64,000 nt of DNA from Takakia lepidozioides. Its lineage: Eukaryota > Plantae > Bryophyta. This document shows positions 20,901-31,985 of the stretch, in pieces. The stretch is taken from the NCBI GenBank assembly GCA_030704615.1, contig CM060734.1, positions 15,252,001 through 15,316,000 of the forward strand, in the 5' to 3' direction. Positions within the stretch are counted from its first letter, which is position 1; the number at the start of each line of letters is the position of its first letter. Under the pieces are notes generated by a model, which saw only the letters and a list, made by a program, of their open reading frames with translations, was not told the origin of the DNA and searched no databases. The position numbers and the translations under genes were made by a program.

Positions 20901-23900
20901 CATATGAGTTCTTGGTGATGCCTTTTGGGCTCACCAACGCACCCGCGACCTTTAGCACGCTAATGAACAGCCTTTTCCAGGAGTGGTTGGATGACTTTGT
21001 GATCGTGTACATCGACGACATCTTGGTGTACTCGAAAACAAAGGAAGAGCACCTGGAATACCTCAAAATGATGTTCCAGAAATTGCGGGGGAAGCTGTAT
21101 GCCAAAGCTTCAAAGTGTGAATTCGGGGTCACAAAAATGGAGTTCCTAGGGTATGTGATTACACATGATGGGATCAAAATGGATGACAGAAATGTGAGGG
21201 CGATCTTGGACTGGGAGTCTTCGACTTCGGTCCCGAGAGTGCGATCTTTCCTAGGACTCGCCTCCTATTACCGAAAGTATGTGAGAAATTTCGCCAAGAT
21301 CGCGGGGCCGCTGTCAAACCTTCTGTGTAAGTCCAAGGTATGGGTATGGAACACCTTTTGTGGCCAAGCTTTTGCCGAGTTGAAACAGCGGATGGTGGAA
21401 GCTCCAGTCCTGAAAATCCCGGAGTTCGACCGTCCATTTGAGATTCATACAGATGCGTCAGACTTCGCAATTGGGGGTGCGCTCATGCAGGATGGACGTC
21501 CAGTGGCTTATGTAAGTAAGAAAGTGAATGAAGTGGAGCGACGATGCCTACGCACGAGAAAGAAATGAAGACGGTGGTGCATTGCCTTGAGCTTTGGCGC
21601 CACTATGCTGTTCCAAACCCGGTGAAGGTGTTCACGGACAATGTCACGGTGAAGTATTTTGCCACATAGCCTAAGTTGTCCCCAAAACAACTTAGGTGGC
21701 AAGACACTTTGGCAGTGTTCAATGTGGATATCCAGTACAAACCGGGACGGGACAATGTGGTGGCCGATGCTTTAAGTAGAAAGCAACAGCTCATGTTGGT
21801 GTACACGGGCCAGACGGCGCTCCAAAGGAAGATCCGGAAGGCTTACCGGAAGGATGAGATGACAAAGTCCGCGATGCGGGACTTGAGGTTGGGGGTTAAA
21901 TCGCAGTTCCACTTGCACAATGGACTGCTCCCGTACAATCAAAAGCATCTCTACGTGCCGAAAGGAGGGATCAGAGATAGTCTCTTGAGAGAATGTCATG
22001 ATGGCCCGCTTGCGGGCCATGGCGGAGCCAAGCGCACCGTGGCACTCTTGAAGAAAGAGTATTTCTGGCCCAAAATGAGGGAGGAGGCCGAGGAGTATGT
22101 CAAGACATGCACCACATGCCAACAAAACGCGAGTACAAAAAACAAGCGGGGCTGTTACAACCCTTGCCGATTCGAGATGGGTCTTGGGAAAGTATCTCGA
22201 TGGATTTCATGACTGCTTTGCCGCTGTTAAAAGGATTCGATGCAATCATGATGGTGGAGGATAGGTTTAGTAAAATGGGCCATTTCATTCCCACCAAGGA
22301 GACGGCAACGGCCCAGGAGACGGGACGACTTTACTTCGCCCACGTCTTCAAGCATCATGGACTCCCGAAGGATATTGTCTCGGACCGCGATCCAAAGTTT
22401 ACAAGTATATTTTGGAGAGCACTTTGGAACAAAATGGGAACGAGGCTCAAAATGAGCATGGTCTTCCGACCTACAACGGACGGCCAAACGGAAAGAGTGA
22501 ATTCCGTGGTGAAGCAGATCTTGCAGAATTATGTGTCGGCAGACCAGTCAGACTGGGTGGAGCACTTGGATGCGGCAAAGTTCTGTTTTAATAACACAAA
22601 ACACTCCGCAATGGGAGTTTCCCCTTTCGTATTGGTATATCGAAAAACACCTCTGGTGCCAACAAGTTGGGCCGCCCAGGACGTTGAGGAACCGGCAGCA
22701 GCAGCGGTGCTGGAAGAATGCAAGCGTTTGTTGGAGCTCGCAAAGTACAACATTGCCAAAGCTAGAAAACGGTATGAACGGCAGGTGAATCGGAAGCGGA
22801 GGGAAGTTAAGTTTGAGGCAGGCACGGAGGTCTGGTTGAACATCAAGAATTTTTTACTACCTCCGGAAGTGAATCCAAAGTTTGTACCTCCGTATGCGGG
22901 GCCTTTTCGCATCCGGAAGGTTATGAATGGGGATGTGTATGAATTGGAGCTGCCGGCAAACAGCAAGGTGCATCCGGTATTCCACGTTTCCCTTTTGAAG
23001 CCTTACTTCAAAGATGAAGCGAGTCCGAATCATCTCAAAATGTTACGTCCGCCACCTGTGCTGTTGGATCATGAAAATGAACCTGAGTACGAGGTGGAGG
23101 CAGTGTTTAAGTCGAGGAGGTTTAAGAATCGAGAAACGGAGTATCTCGTGAAATGGAAGGGCTATCATCAAGTGGAGGCAACTTGGGTGCGTGCCTCAGA
23201 AATGGGAAACGCATCCGAGGCGTTGCAGCTTTCGAAGGGCGACCTCAAAAGCGGAAGAAGCGTTGATGGGGACATCAACCTTGGATCGTGGGGGAGGAAA
23301 TGCATGCTTAGTCCGGCTTAGCTAGCTCATGAATCTGATTGCAAAAACTTGTGTTGTATAGATTTTGTTTATAAATGAAATGGTTTCCAAATGTTGTGCT
23401 TCCTATTTTGTTTGGAATGGTGATGCATGGTATGGTTGGCTAGTGTGTAGAATGCATGCTAACTTACAAAAGTGGGAGAGGTAAATTGGATTAATCGTGT
23501 GTTTGCACAGTGCCGAAATTGGGTGACTCCCATCCAAGGGGCAAGGAAATTTGCGCCTTCTTTGGGAGTTCACGTGCTAGTGCGTACCTGGCGTGCGCGT
23601 ACTATAACTGCACTACCGAGGGGGTTGTCTTATAGTGCGGGCTAACCCGGAAGCTATGTGCTTCCGTTCACGTACTACAATCGTGTAACCTTGGGACGAA
23701 GTTGTAGTGCGGCTTCGGCGTGTTCTCGTACCTCAAGCCAGCATTCCAAGGCGGACCCAATTGTAGTGATTAGGGCGCATGGTTGGTTCAAGGTTATCTT
23801 CCTAGTCAAAAAGGGTTCAAGGTGAACCCTTGCTCAAGGTGATGCCAAAAAACAACATCATAAGCGGTCACAAACAATGTTGTTGCAGTAAGGCGAATTG

Positions 23901-24895
23901 ATCCTCCGGGAGGATCGTTCTTTGGCCTTGAAGTGGGCCAAGAAGAGTGCACTGGGTGGAGCTGGAGAGGCTCCACCCTTGGCCGGGACTTGGAAGAAGT
24001 CGGCCGAACTATCTAGTGGAGAGTAGAGTCAAGTAGGGGTTTGGTTCTTTGTCATGGGACGCCATGGTACGGAAACAAACTCCTTGATGTGGGACGCCAC
24101 AACTTGGATGTTAGTTTTTACAAAATGGACAAGTCGATGAGGACATCGACTCCCTATTGGTAGGGGTGTGTGTCGCAGCCCTTTGCCTTGGGGGCAGGGG
24201 GTCGGGACACAAGAGGGGCTGCCCCTGTGGTGGGGGCAGTGGCAACAATAGGTACGGGGGCTGAAGCACCCTTGAGTGCCCAAGGCACTCAAGGAGGCGG
24301 AGGCACTCACTAGGTGGAGCCCCGCACATCGGGTTGCGGTGGGGGTGGTTCCACGAGGGGTGGTGGTAGCTTAGTGGGTCTTAGTGGGGGTGGCATAGGA
24401 CTCACCATGGGGCGGAGACCTTGTGGTGGGAGTCGTGGGGAGTCTTGGGACTCATCATGGTACATTGGGGCCGTGGTGGGTGGGCCAAGACTCACCGCGA
24501 CTCATCACCGGGAGTCCAAGGTCTTCGTGGTGGTTCGCCATAAAAGGACAGTGTTGTTTGTGACACCCCCGCGGACAGTCACAGAAGTATATATAGGGAG
24601 TAGTAACCCCGAGAACGGTGCAAGCCCGCTAGTGACCAAAAACTAGTGAGTAAGCGTGCGAGCCGGAAAGCGACCAAGGTGTGGGGAGCTGTTCCGGACT
24701 GCCAACAACCAAAGAGAATTTTCACTAGGCCCAAAGTGAGCGAGGGTCTTGTGGAGGAGCAAAGGGAGACCGTTATGTCCCGGTGAGCAGCCGAAGCTCC
24801 GAGTTGGCCCGGCGGCCAGTTTTGGAGTTAGGCGCGCGCATCAAAGCAAGTAACTATGACATGAATGAGAGCTTACCGAAGTGAGATGTGCGACA
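17933..24895 (+). mobile_element. A1: full-length Ty3/Gypsy chromovirus LTR retrotransposon (decayed), inserted in the LTR region of B1
   Basis: LTRs 17933-18656 and 24171-24895 (TGT...ACA). PBS tggtatcaaagc at 18659-18670 (tRNA-iMet type). PPT at ~24158-24170. Flanks ctctg/ttgtg match only 3 of 5, so the TSD is degenerate. Flanking DNA rejoins to match the B2 LTR at 61310-61500. Confidence 0.96.
18712..23321 (+). pseudogene. A1 gag-pol: Gag, CCHC knuckle, aspartic protease, RT, RNase H, integrase, chromodomain
   Basis: CFNCGEPGHMAKKC; LVDTGASHSF; [26 protein letters not shown]; [10 protein letters not shown]; HDGPLAGH..CTTC, SMDF, VSDRD, GQTER, YAGPF; EYEVEAV..YLVKWKGY...TW. Stops at ~19901, ~20363 and ~21668, plus frameshifts. 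Confidence 0.95.
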
Positions 24896-27733
24896 TTGTG
24901 TAACTTGACAGCTGTCGTGCGCATATCGCTACAACACAACACACGATGTCCAAACCACACCACACATATATGCACAACTAGTCTGCCACAATCGCCCCCC
25001 CTAGCTGGTGGTTAGGTCCCTCTAACTACAGATAGCTACAAGATGTAATAGCCTGCATAGCCTCACTAGTCCTCTATCACTGTCCCTATTGTACTCAAAC
25101 TCTATAGACCAAGAAGCCGGGTACAAGAGTAGCCCCATCGTTAGTCGTCGTCTTACAATTTGTGAACTTGAGCTATGATCTCGTATATTGGTCTTGTAGT
25201 AGCTTGGCGTTGCGTTTCTTGTTAGCTGTTGTATCCACTCCCAGTATCCAATGCAACGTGGACATAACCAATCTCCATCAGGAACCATCTCAAGAGTGGG
25301 TGTCAAACATCCCATGTGCCACCCTCTTGAGCATCGATCACACACCAGCATGGTGGCTACCCCTATGGCAGACCCCACACACATACACCACCTCAAACCT
25401 ACAGGACGTACCACTACCAAGTTTGGGTCAATCATGCCATCGATATTCGGAAGGTGACATGACGCGCAATTACGCATATGGTCCTTCCAAGTCATGTCAT
25501 CCTGACCCTCCAAGATCATGACGCCTGAGGGAAACACCTCTCGAACCTTCAAAATAATACGTCCTACAGTCACGTCTAGGGTCGTAGGAGCGGTCTGCTG
25601 CAGATAAACATAGTCACTAGGGTGAAACCTTCGAATCTTATGACGATATCTTCCACCACGTATAGTGGCATACCTCAATGTATCACGGTGTTGTGCAATG
25701 GCAAGGTTCTCGAAAGCCATGGGGATGACTTTTTTGAACAGACCACCGTACCACTTCTTGGGATCATCCTGAGGCTGATGGCTTGGCAGAGAGAGTTGTG
25801 CAGACGGTTAAGAGGGGTTTGCACAAATATGGCTTGCAGAAGAGACGCTTGGGGGATTGGGACCTTACAGGACCTGCGTCACGTCAGGTTACGGGACTAT
25901 TCTAGTAAAAAAAACCACTAGGTAAAACATTGACACTTAAGTAGCCACGTTGCCGACATGGTTGCGGTGACAAATAAATTATAAAAAATAAGAAACGAAA
26001 AGCGACCGTAAATTGTGGCGGTCGCTTTATATTTCAAAATAAAATAAATAAGAGCGACCACCATATTGGCGGTCGCTTTAATTTTTTTTTTTAAAACAAG
26101 AGACCGCCATATTAGTGGTCGCTTTAATTTAAAGATAAAATAAAACAAGCGACCGCCACATTGGCGGTCGCCTTATTTTAAAAATAATAAAAACAAGCGA
26201 CCGCCATATTGGCAGTCGCTTTATTTTTAAAATATATAAAAAAACAAGAGACCACCATATTGGCGGTCGCTTTATTTTAGAAATAAAATAAAACACGTGA
26301 CCGCCACATTGGCGGTCGCCTTATTTTAAATTTTTTTTAAAACAAATGACCGCCTTATTGGCAGTCGCTTTATATTAAAAAATATATATAAAACAAGCGA
26401 CTGCAATACCGGCGGTAATAAAAAAATAATGGCGACCGCCAGACTTGCGGTCGCTCAAATTTAAAAATATAAAAAATAAAAACGACCACCATACTGGCAG
26501 ACGGTGTATTTTAAAAATATTAAGAATTTTAGCGACTGCCAATATGGCGGTCGTTTATTTAAAAAAATATATATATAACAAGCAACTGCCATATTGGCGG
26601 TCGCGTTATTTTAAAAATATAAAAAATAAAAGCATCATAAGAAAATATAAGTGACCGCAATACCGGCGGTCACATTATATTTCGAAATAAAAAATAATAG
26701 CGACCGCCAGATTGGCGATCGCTCTAATTTAAAAAAAAGAAGAATAGAAGCGACCATCATATTGACGGTTGTTTGTAATTTAGAAAATGATTAAAATACA
26801 ACCGACCGCAACATTTTACAAAATCAAAGGAAATCAAGGTTTTGTCACACAATGCCTGAAACTCTCCTTTGGTCCGTGAGTATGTTAGTTGAAGCACCGA
26901 ATCGGCTAAGCACATGATCCAAGAATGGATACGCAGCCCCTTCACTAGTCTTATCAAACAATGGAACCAACTCGATCCACTTGGAAAAGTGCTCCACCAT
27001 CACCAACACGTACATGTTGTGGCGCATGGTCAGTAGCAACGGCCCTGCAAAGCCCCCAGCAACGCGTTGGGGGGCCCCAAAGTCCGAAAAAAAAAAACAA
27101 AAAAAAAAAACTCTGTAGCGGCGGCGCCGTAGCGACCCCGGGCGTTGCACTAGGGCGCCCCCCAACGACGCCTTTGCGACACCAGGGGGCCGCACGCCGA
27201 AAATAATAATAGTAATAAACAAAAAATTGGGGTTGCGGGAGCCCCATTTCCCCTTTCATGTCACCTTGCGACAGCTGTGCGTTGCAGCGGCGAATGCGAC
27301 GCCGAGGGGGCCGCAGGGGTGGCGCAGGCCCAGCGCCGCGCCCAGCGTGGGGGCGCGGCTTGGACTGCTGCCCTAGATACGACCTTCTTCTTCTTCGGCA
27401 ACTCGCTGGTTCATCATACGTCGCTGATTTATCATACCGCTAACCCCCCTATTTGCAGTAGTGACTCCGTGCGCTGATCACAGGCACGTACCCACACGTC
27501 TAAGACATTATGAAGTAGCCGCTGTCTACGCATACATGACCTCTACAAAGTAGTTAATGCCTCCACGCGGCACTTTCCCAACCTAAGAGTTGCAGGCTGC
27601 CTCAGGTTGAGGACTGGAGCAATGTCTCTACGAATGGCTGAAGGCAAATCCGGCTCTCGACCAAAGAGAAAGAAATATGGTGAGAAAGAGGCAAGTGATG
27701 CTTGCTTGCTGAACCTGTAGCCTATGGCTAACC
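24896..27733 (-). mobile_element. B1: old, fragmented and rearranged PHD-integrase Gypsy element (3' end); its LTR continues at ~17790-17932
   Basis: LTR unit 24913-24990 and PPT 24991-25001. Integrase C-terminus plus PHD lie in one ORF (25022-25720). Further integrase pieces at 25742-25875 (inverted), 26833-27053 and 27464-27733, all homologous to 61673-62970. Confidence 0.88.
25916..26830. mobile_element. CACTA-type terminus followed by ~16 palindromic subterminal repeats (AGCGACCGCCATATTGGCGGTCGCT, ~50-bp period, AT-rich spacers)
   Basis: CACTAGGTAAAA at 25916 and the repeat array at ~26021-26813. The same motif recurs at ~28453-28477 and ~31926-31984. Confidence 0.8.
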
Positions 27734-28448
27734 AAACAGTGTCGTAGCCAGCTTAGGGCATCACAAGGACGTCGCTTGGGGCGCTTAGTGCTGGGGCTGC
27801 AACAACGGCGACGAGGCTGGGGCTGGGGCTGGGGCTGGGCATTAAGGCTGCGGAGGTTGCAACTCCCCTGCGTCACAAGAAAGACCCCCTTAAAAGGAAT
27901 TTGAAAGAAATCTTGATGTGTATATATATACTTAGACTGCTTTTGTGATATATAGATGTATTGTAGGTGTGTTGGTTGGTATGTAGTGTCTTAAAAATGT
28001 TATAACGTGGAGGTCCTAGGTTCAAGTATGCATTGCATAATATATGTAGAACAATGAATGTACTGCCATTGGACAGAACTGGAGTCAATGGGTTTTGAAA
28101 TTCAAATTCAAATTTTCCCACCTAAATTCAAATGTATCTCCTTAAACTGTGGCATCCGGGGGTCACACTTTGCGACCCCCTGACGTTGCTAATGCGGCAT
28201 CGCAAATAAGAATTTATTTTTATTTTTATTTTTTTAATTTACGTCCGGGGGGTCGCAAGTTATTTAGCGAGATTACTTAGCAACCCCCACGTCGCAAAAT
28301 AGCGACGCCGTTTGCGACGCCCGTGCATCGCAATCTGGGGCCTCTACCCCGCCCCAAAATGGTGCTTTAACGACGGCCGCGGCGTCGCTAAAACCCTCCC
28401 CCTCCCCCTTCATTTTTTTTTTTTTTTTTTTTGGTTGATCCTGTAGTG
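27054..28448. mobile_element. GC-rich CACTA-like non-autonomous fragments (two TAGTG ends), interleaved with a B1 piece
   Basis: TAGTG termini at 27459-27463 and 28444-28448. Subterminal GCGAC/GTCGC motifs with poly-A/T tracts at 27054-27230 and 28150-28430. Confidence 0.6.
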
Positions 28449-28789
28449 AAATAACGACCGCAGTATTAGCGGTCGCTTCATTTTAAAATTATAACAAAAA
28501 TATGGTTATACCGCCTTTTTCGGGTGGACGCTATTGGTCGGTCATTTTTTCATTTCACTTTCATCCTTCCTGGAGCATATATAAGGGACCAGGGTCACCA
28601 AGCTCTTCACTTCTTCTGGTGCAAACACTTGAGGTTGCGATGTATGTTCTATTCCATTGAACGAGAGTGTAGCCTAAGAGGAAGGTGCGCACCTTTTGCC
28701 GTTGTGGCTTCCACCAAAGCCACTTGAGTAGATTGTGTATAAGCTCAACACTACAAGGTGCATCAACCCACTTGGGTTGGTGTAGGGTG

Positions 28790-31125
28790 AAGATGAGGGA
28801 TGAATGGAGCCTTGGTATAGGGTAATCCCGAACACCGGCAGTGTTGAGTGCAACCTATGTGGACTGAAGTTTTTCTTATCGTAGGGATCAGCTGCTACAT
28901 CACCTCGGCTATAAATGTGGGAAGAGCGTCGGGGTAGGTTTATGCCCTAAAACATCTATGTGGGTAAAAACCCACTTTGCCCAGTGTGGAAGCAATATTC
29001 CAATGTCTCTGGATCTTGACACGACCTCGGAGCAGAACACTCCATCTTCCCGTCAGGATGCCCCGATTAGTACCCAAGGGAACTCTTGTGAGACTTCAGG
29101 TGTCATTGGACAAGTGGGTTGTGCCGGAGCAACACCTGCTTCAACACCTCTTTGTACCCCTACACTTCAACGGAGTAGAGGATTACGGTAGCAATCCATG
29201 CAAGAAGACCTTAACTTGTCTGCGAAAATGCAGTTGGATAAAAAATGGGCGCAATTTTTCTTCGAGGCCAACATACCGTTTAATGTGGCAAGACTTCCGA
29301 CATTTGTTTCTGCCGTTAGAGCAACCTCGGAGTCCAAATCCACGTACGTGTCTCCTTCTTATCACAATCTCCGCACAAGATTGCTAGAAGACACCATGAC
29401 AAAGCTTACCCAAAATGTGAACGATAGGACGGGCGAGTCTCTTAGAAAATATGGAAGCACTATATGTGCTAATGGTTGGAGTTCTGTTACAAACAGACCG
29501 TTGTTCAATGTCATGCTCGTATGTCTAGCTGGGGAATAGTTCTTGGGATCGGTGGACAGTAGTGGTGAGAAAAATAATGGACGTTATCAATGTCATCTAT
29601 TGACGGACTTCATCGAACAGGTCGGAAGTGATAGAATCGTGCAAATATGCACAGACAATGCCGCTAACATGAGAAACACTGCAGACATGTTATTGGCATG
29701 ATATCCCCATATGTACTATCAAGGCTGTGCTGCTCATATCCTTGACCTCCTCTTGGAAGATTGGGGAAAAAAACAGTGGGTGAAACAACTTGTCAAGCGA
29801 TCGAAGACCGTTGTGATGTTCATCCGCACACACCACATCCCTTTGGCAATATATAGGAGGCATGAACCAAAATACAGCCTCCGGAATCCAGGCGAAACTC
29901 ATTTTGCCACTAACTTCTTGATGGTGGATCGATTGGTAACGGTGAAGAATAGTCTCGAGTACACCATCATCGATCCTCAATGGGAGGCGTACACATGGAC
30001 GTTGAGGGACTCGAGAAAAGCCAAGTCATTGGGCAAAAGTCGAAAGGTTCGGAACACCATTCGCAAACGATGATTTCTGGAATAAATGTGAAAACTTTGT
30101 TTATATGGTAGAGCCGGAGCCGTCTTGCGGGAGTTTGATGGAAAACAACCAGTAACCGTCGGTCTATGATTCGAACGGACTTGCATTATGCAGGGGCTTT
30201 GCTCAATCCATTCTTGCTCGACAATACCATGCTCTGAGACGACGCTGATGCCATGGCCGGCCTTGTACGAGTGCTCATGCGACTGGCTCTTTTGAACATG
30301 ACAGAGATAGCTGTATCCGAGTACCAATGCTTCTCAGATCGCCGCGACCCTTTCGAGGACATGTCGGATCCGAAAGAGCTCAACATGTTGTCACATGAAT
30401 GGTGTGATTTGATTGGAGCTGGAGCAAGAACATTAGCTCCCATTGCGAAGTGTATTCTTGCCCAAGTGTGCTCTGCCTCATCTTGCAAACACAATTGGAG
30501 TAGTTACTCATTTGTTCACAACAAGATTCGCAACAGATTGAATCCCGCGAGCGCTGATAAATTGGTATATGTGTATACCAATTGTCGACTGCTACGTGAG
30601 AGGGCAGCAGATGATCTTGCAGCATGGTATGAGATGAACTTGTATTCCAAAGACTCTGCTTCTGAGGCAGATTCGACGAGTGACAATACTGAGACTCAGA
30701 AGGATTCATCTCAGAAGGATTCATCTGCGTTCGATAGTGCAGATGGGTCCGATGATGCTCCCGACAATGCGTATGACCCATTTACGTTCACAGAGGACGA
30801 TGCCTATATCCAGCCGACCTTTGATGACCTTCTTGAAAAAATACGTATCGCAGATAAGGGTCATGCTCCCCAGAACATGGTCTTCAGAATGAAGTTGGGG
30901 TCGACTCTCGCCCCCCACTACACGCTGAAGCCACCGGCAGTGGCCCAATGGAGCTCATGGGTGATGAACTACCAAGACCGAACGACGTACGCAACCCTGT
31001 TCATACAAACGATGGTGTCGAACCCATTGTACAGTCGACGAGACGAGAACATGCCTCACCGATACGACCAGCTCCACCACAATCCGAAAACCGATCCAGC
31101 TCCCCATCAACACAACGGGCATTAA
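28790..31125 (+). pseudogene. Degenerate hAT transposase (BED finger + DUF659 + hAT dimerisation domain)
   Basis: VECNLC..HHLG..LCPK; FFFEANIPFNVAR..PSYHNLRTRLL; TICANGWS..RPLFNVM; VQICTDNAANM; CAAHILDLLLEDWGK; THFATNF; SASSCKHNWSSYSFVHNKIRNRL. Several premature stops. Confidence 0.9.
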
Positions 31126-31985
31126 GGAGCAACAGGGTTGATTTGTTTTCCACACGCACGCATTATTTTGCTGCATTGGACCGGGCGGAAGTTGAAGCCT
31201 CGGATGATGACAACCTGCCACTATAATTTCACCTTAACCGAAGCAGACCCGTGGTTCCTTACATGCCGGACCATCTAATGTCGGTCCATCTCAGACACAC
31301 CCCCCTCCGAGACCTCTTTCGAGACCACCTTCGAATGCGTCCCAACTCCATAAACGATAGAGAACAATCCACCCTTTTGTAGGCGATCGGCCTACAAACA
31401 GGCCAGATACTGTGGATGGTATTCAAGACCGGAGTGGGAGTCGACCTTAGAGACATCTGAATTTGGTTCGAGGTCGCTTGGAGGTTGAAAGGTATGGACA
31501 AGGGAGGTCAGATAGGGAGGTCGATTCGAGCACTGATCATACTCGGATTTTCAGCCCATTGGAGCATCAAGATTAGGATCTTCTTCGTCCCGTCGTCGAA
31601 GGAGCAGAAGGAATTGAAGCAAAACAGAGAGAGAGAGAGAGAGAGATAGAGAAAAATAAATAAATAAATAAATACTCCGGCCAAAGCCGGCATAACTAAG
31701 AGCCACTTCACCTGCCCCCTGTTAGGGGTGGGCCCTATATCCAGCAGCACATTTTTGTGGACATGTTTACATTTCTGTAGTGAAGTAATACTTGTGTGTT
31801 CTTTGTCACTATGAGTATTTGTATTGTTGTTGTGTATGTCTTGGGAAATAAAAGATGTTGCCCATGTGTATAGCAATGCTTCCAACTCTGCACAAAATTG
31901 TCGGTTCTCGGTTCTCGGTTCTCATGGCGGTCGCTTATAAAAATAAATGTTATTTAAATAAAGCGACCGCCAGTGGCGGTCACTT

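Noticed and set aside
26021-26813. CRISPR-like array of palindromic ~25-bp repeats with ~25-bp spacers
   Set aside because: Spacers are low-complexity A/T and similar to each other, repeats are degenerate, there are no cas genes, the context is eukaryotic, and the array follows a CACTA terminus.
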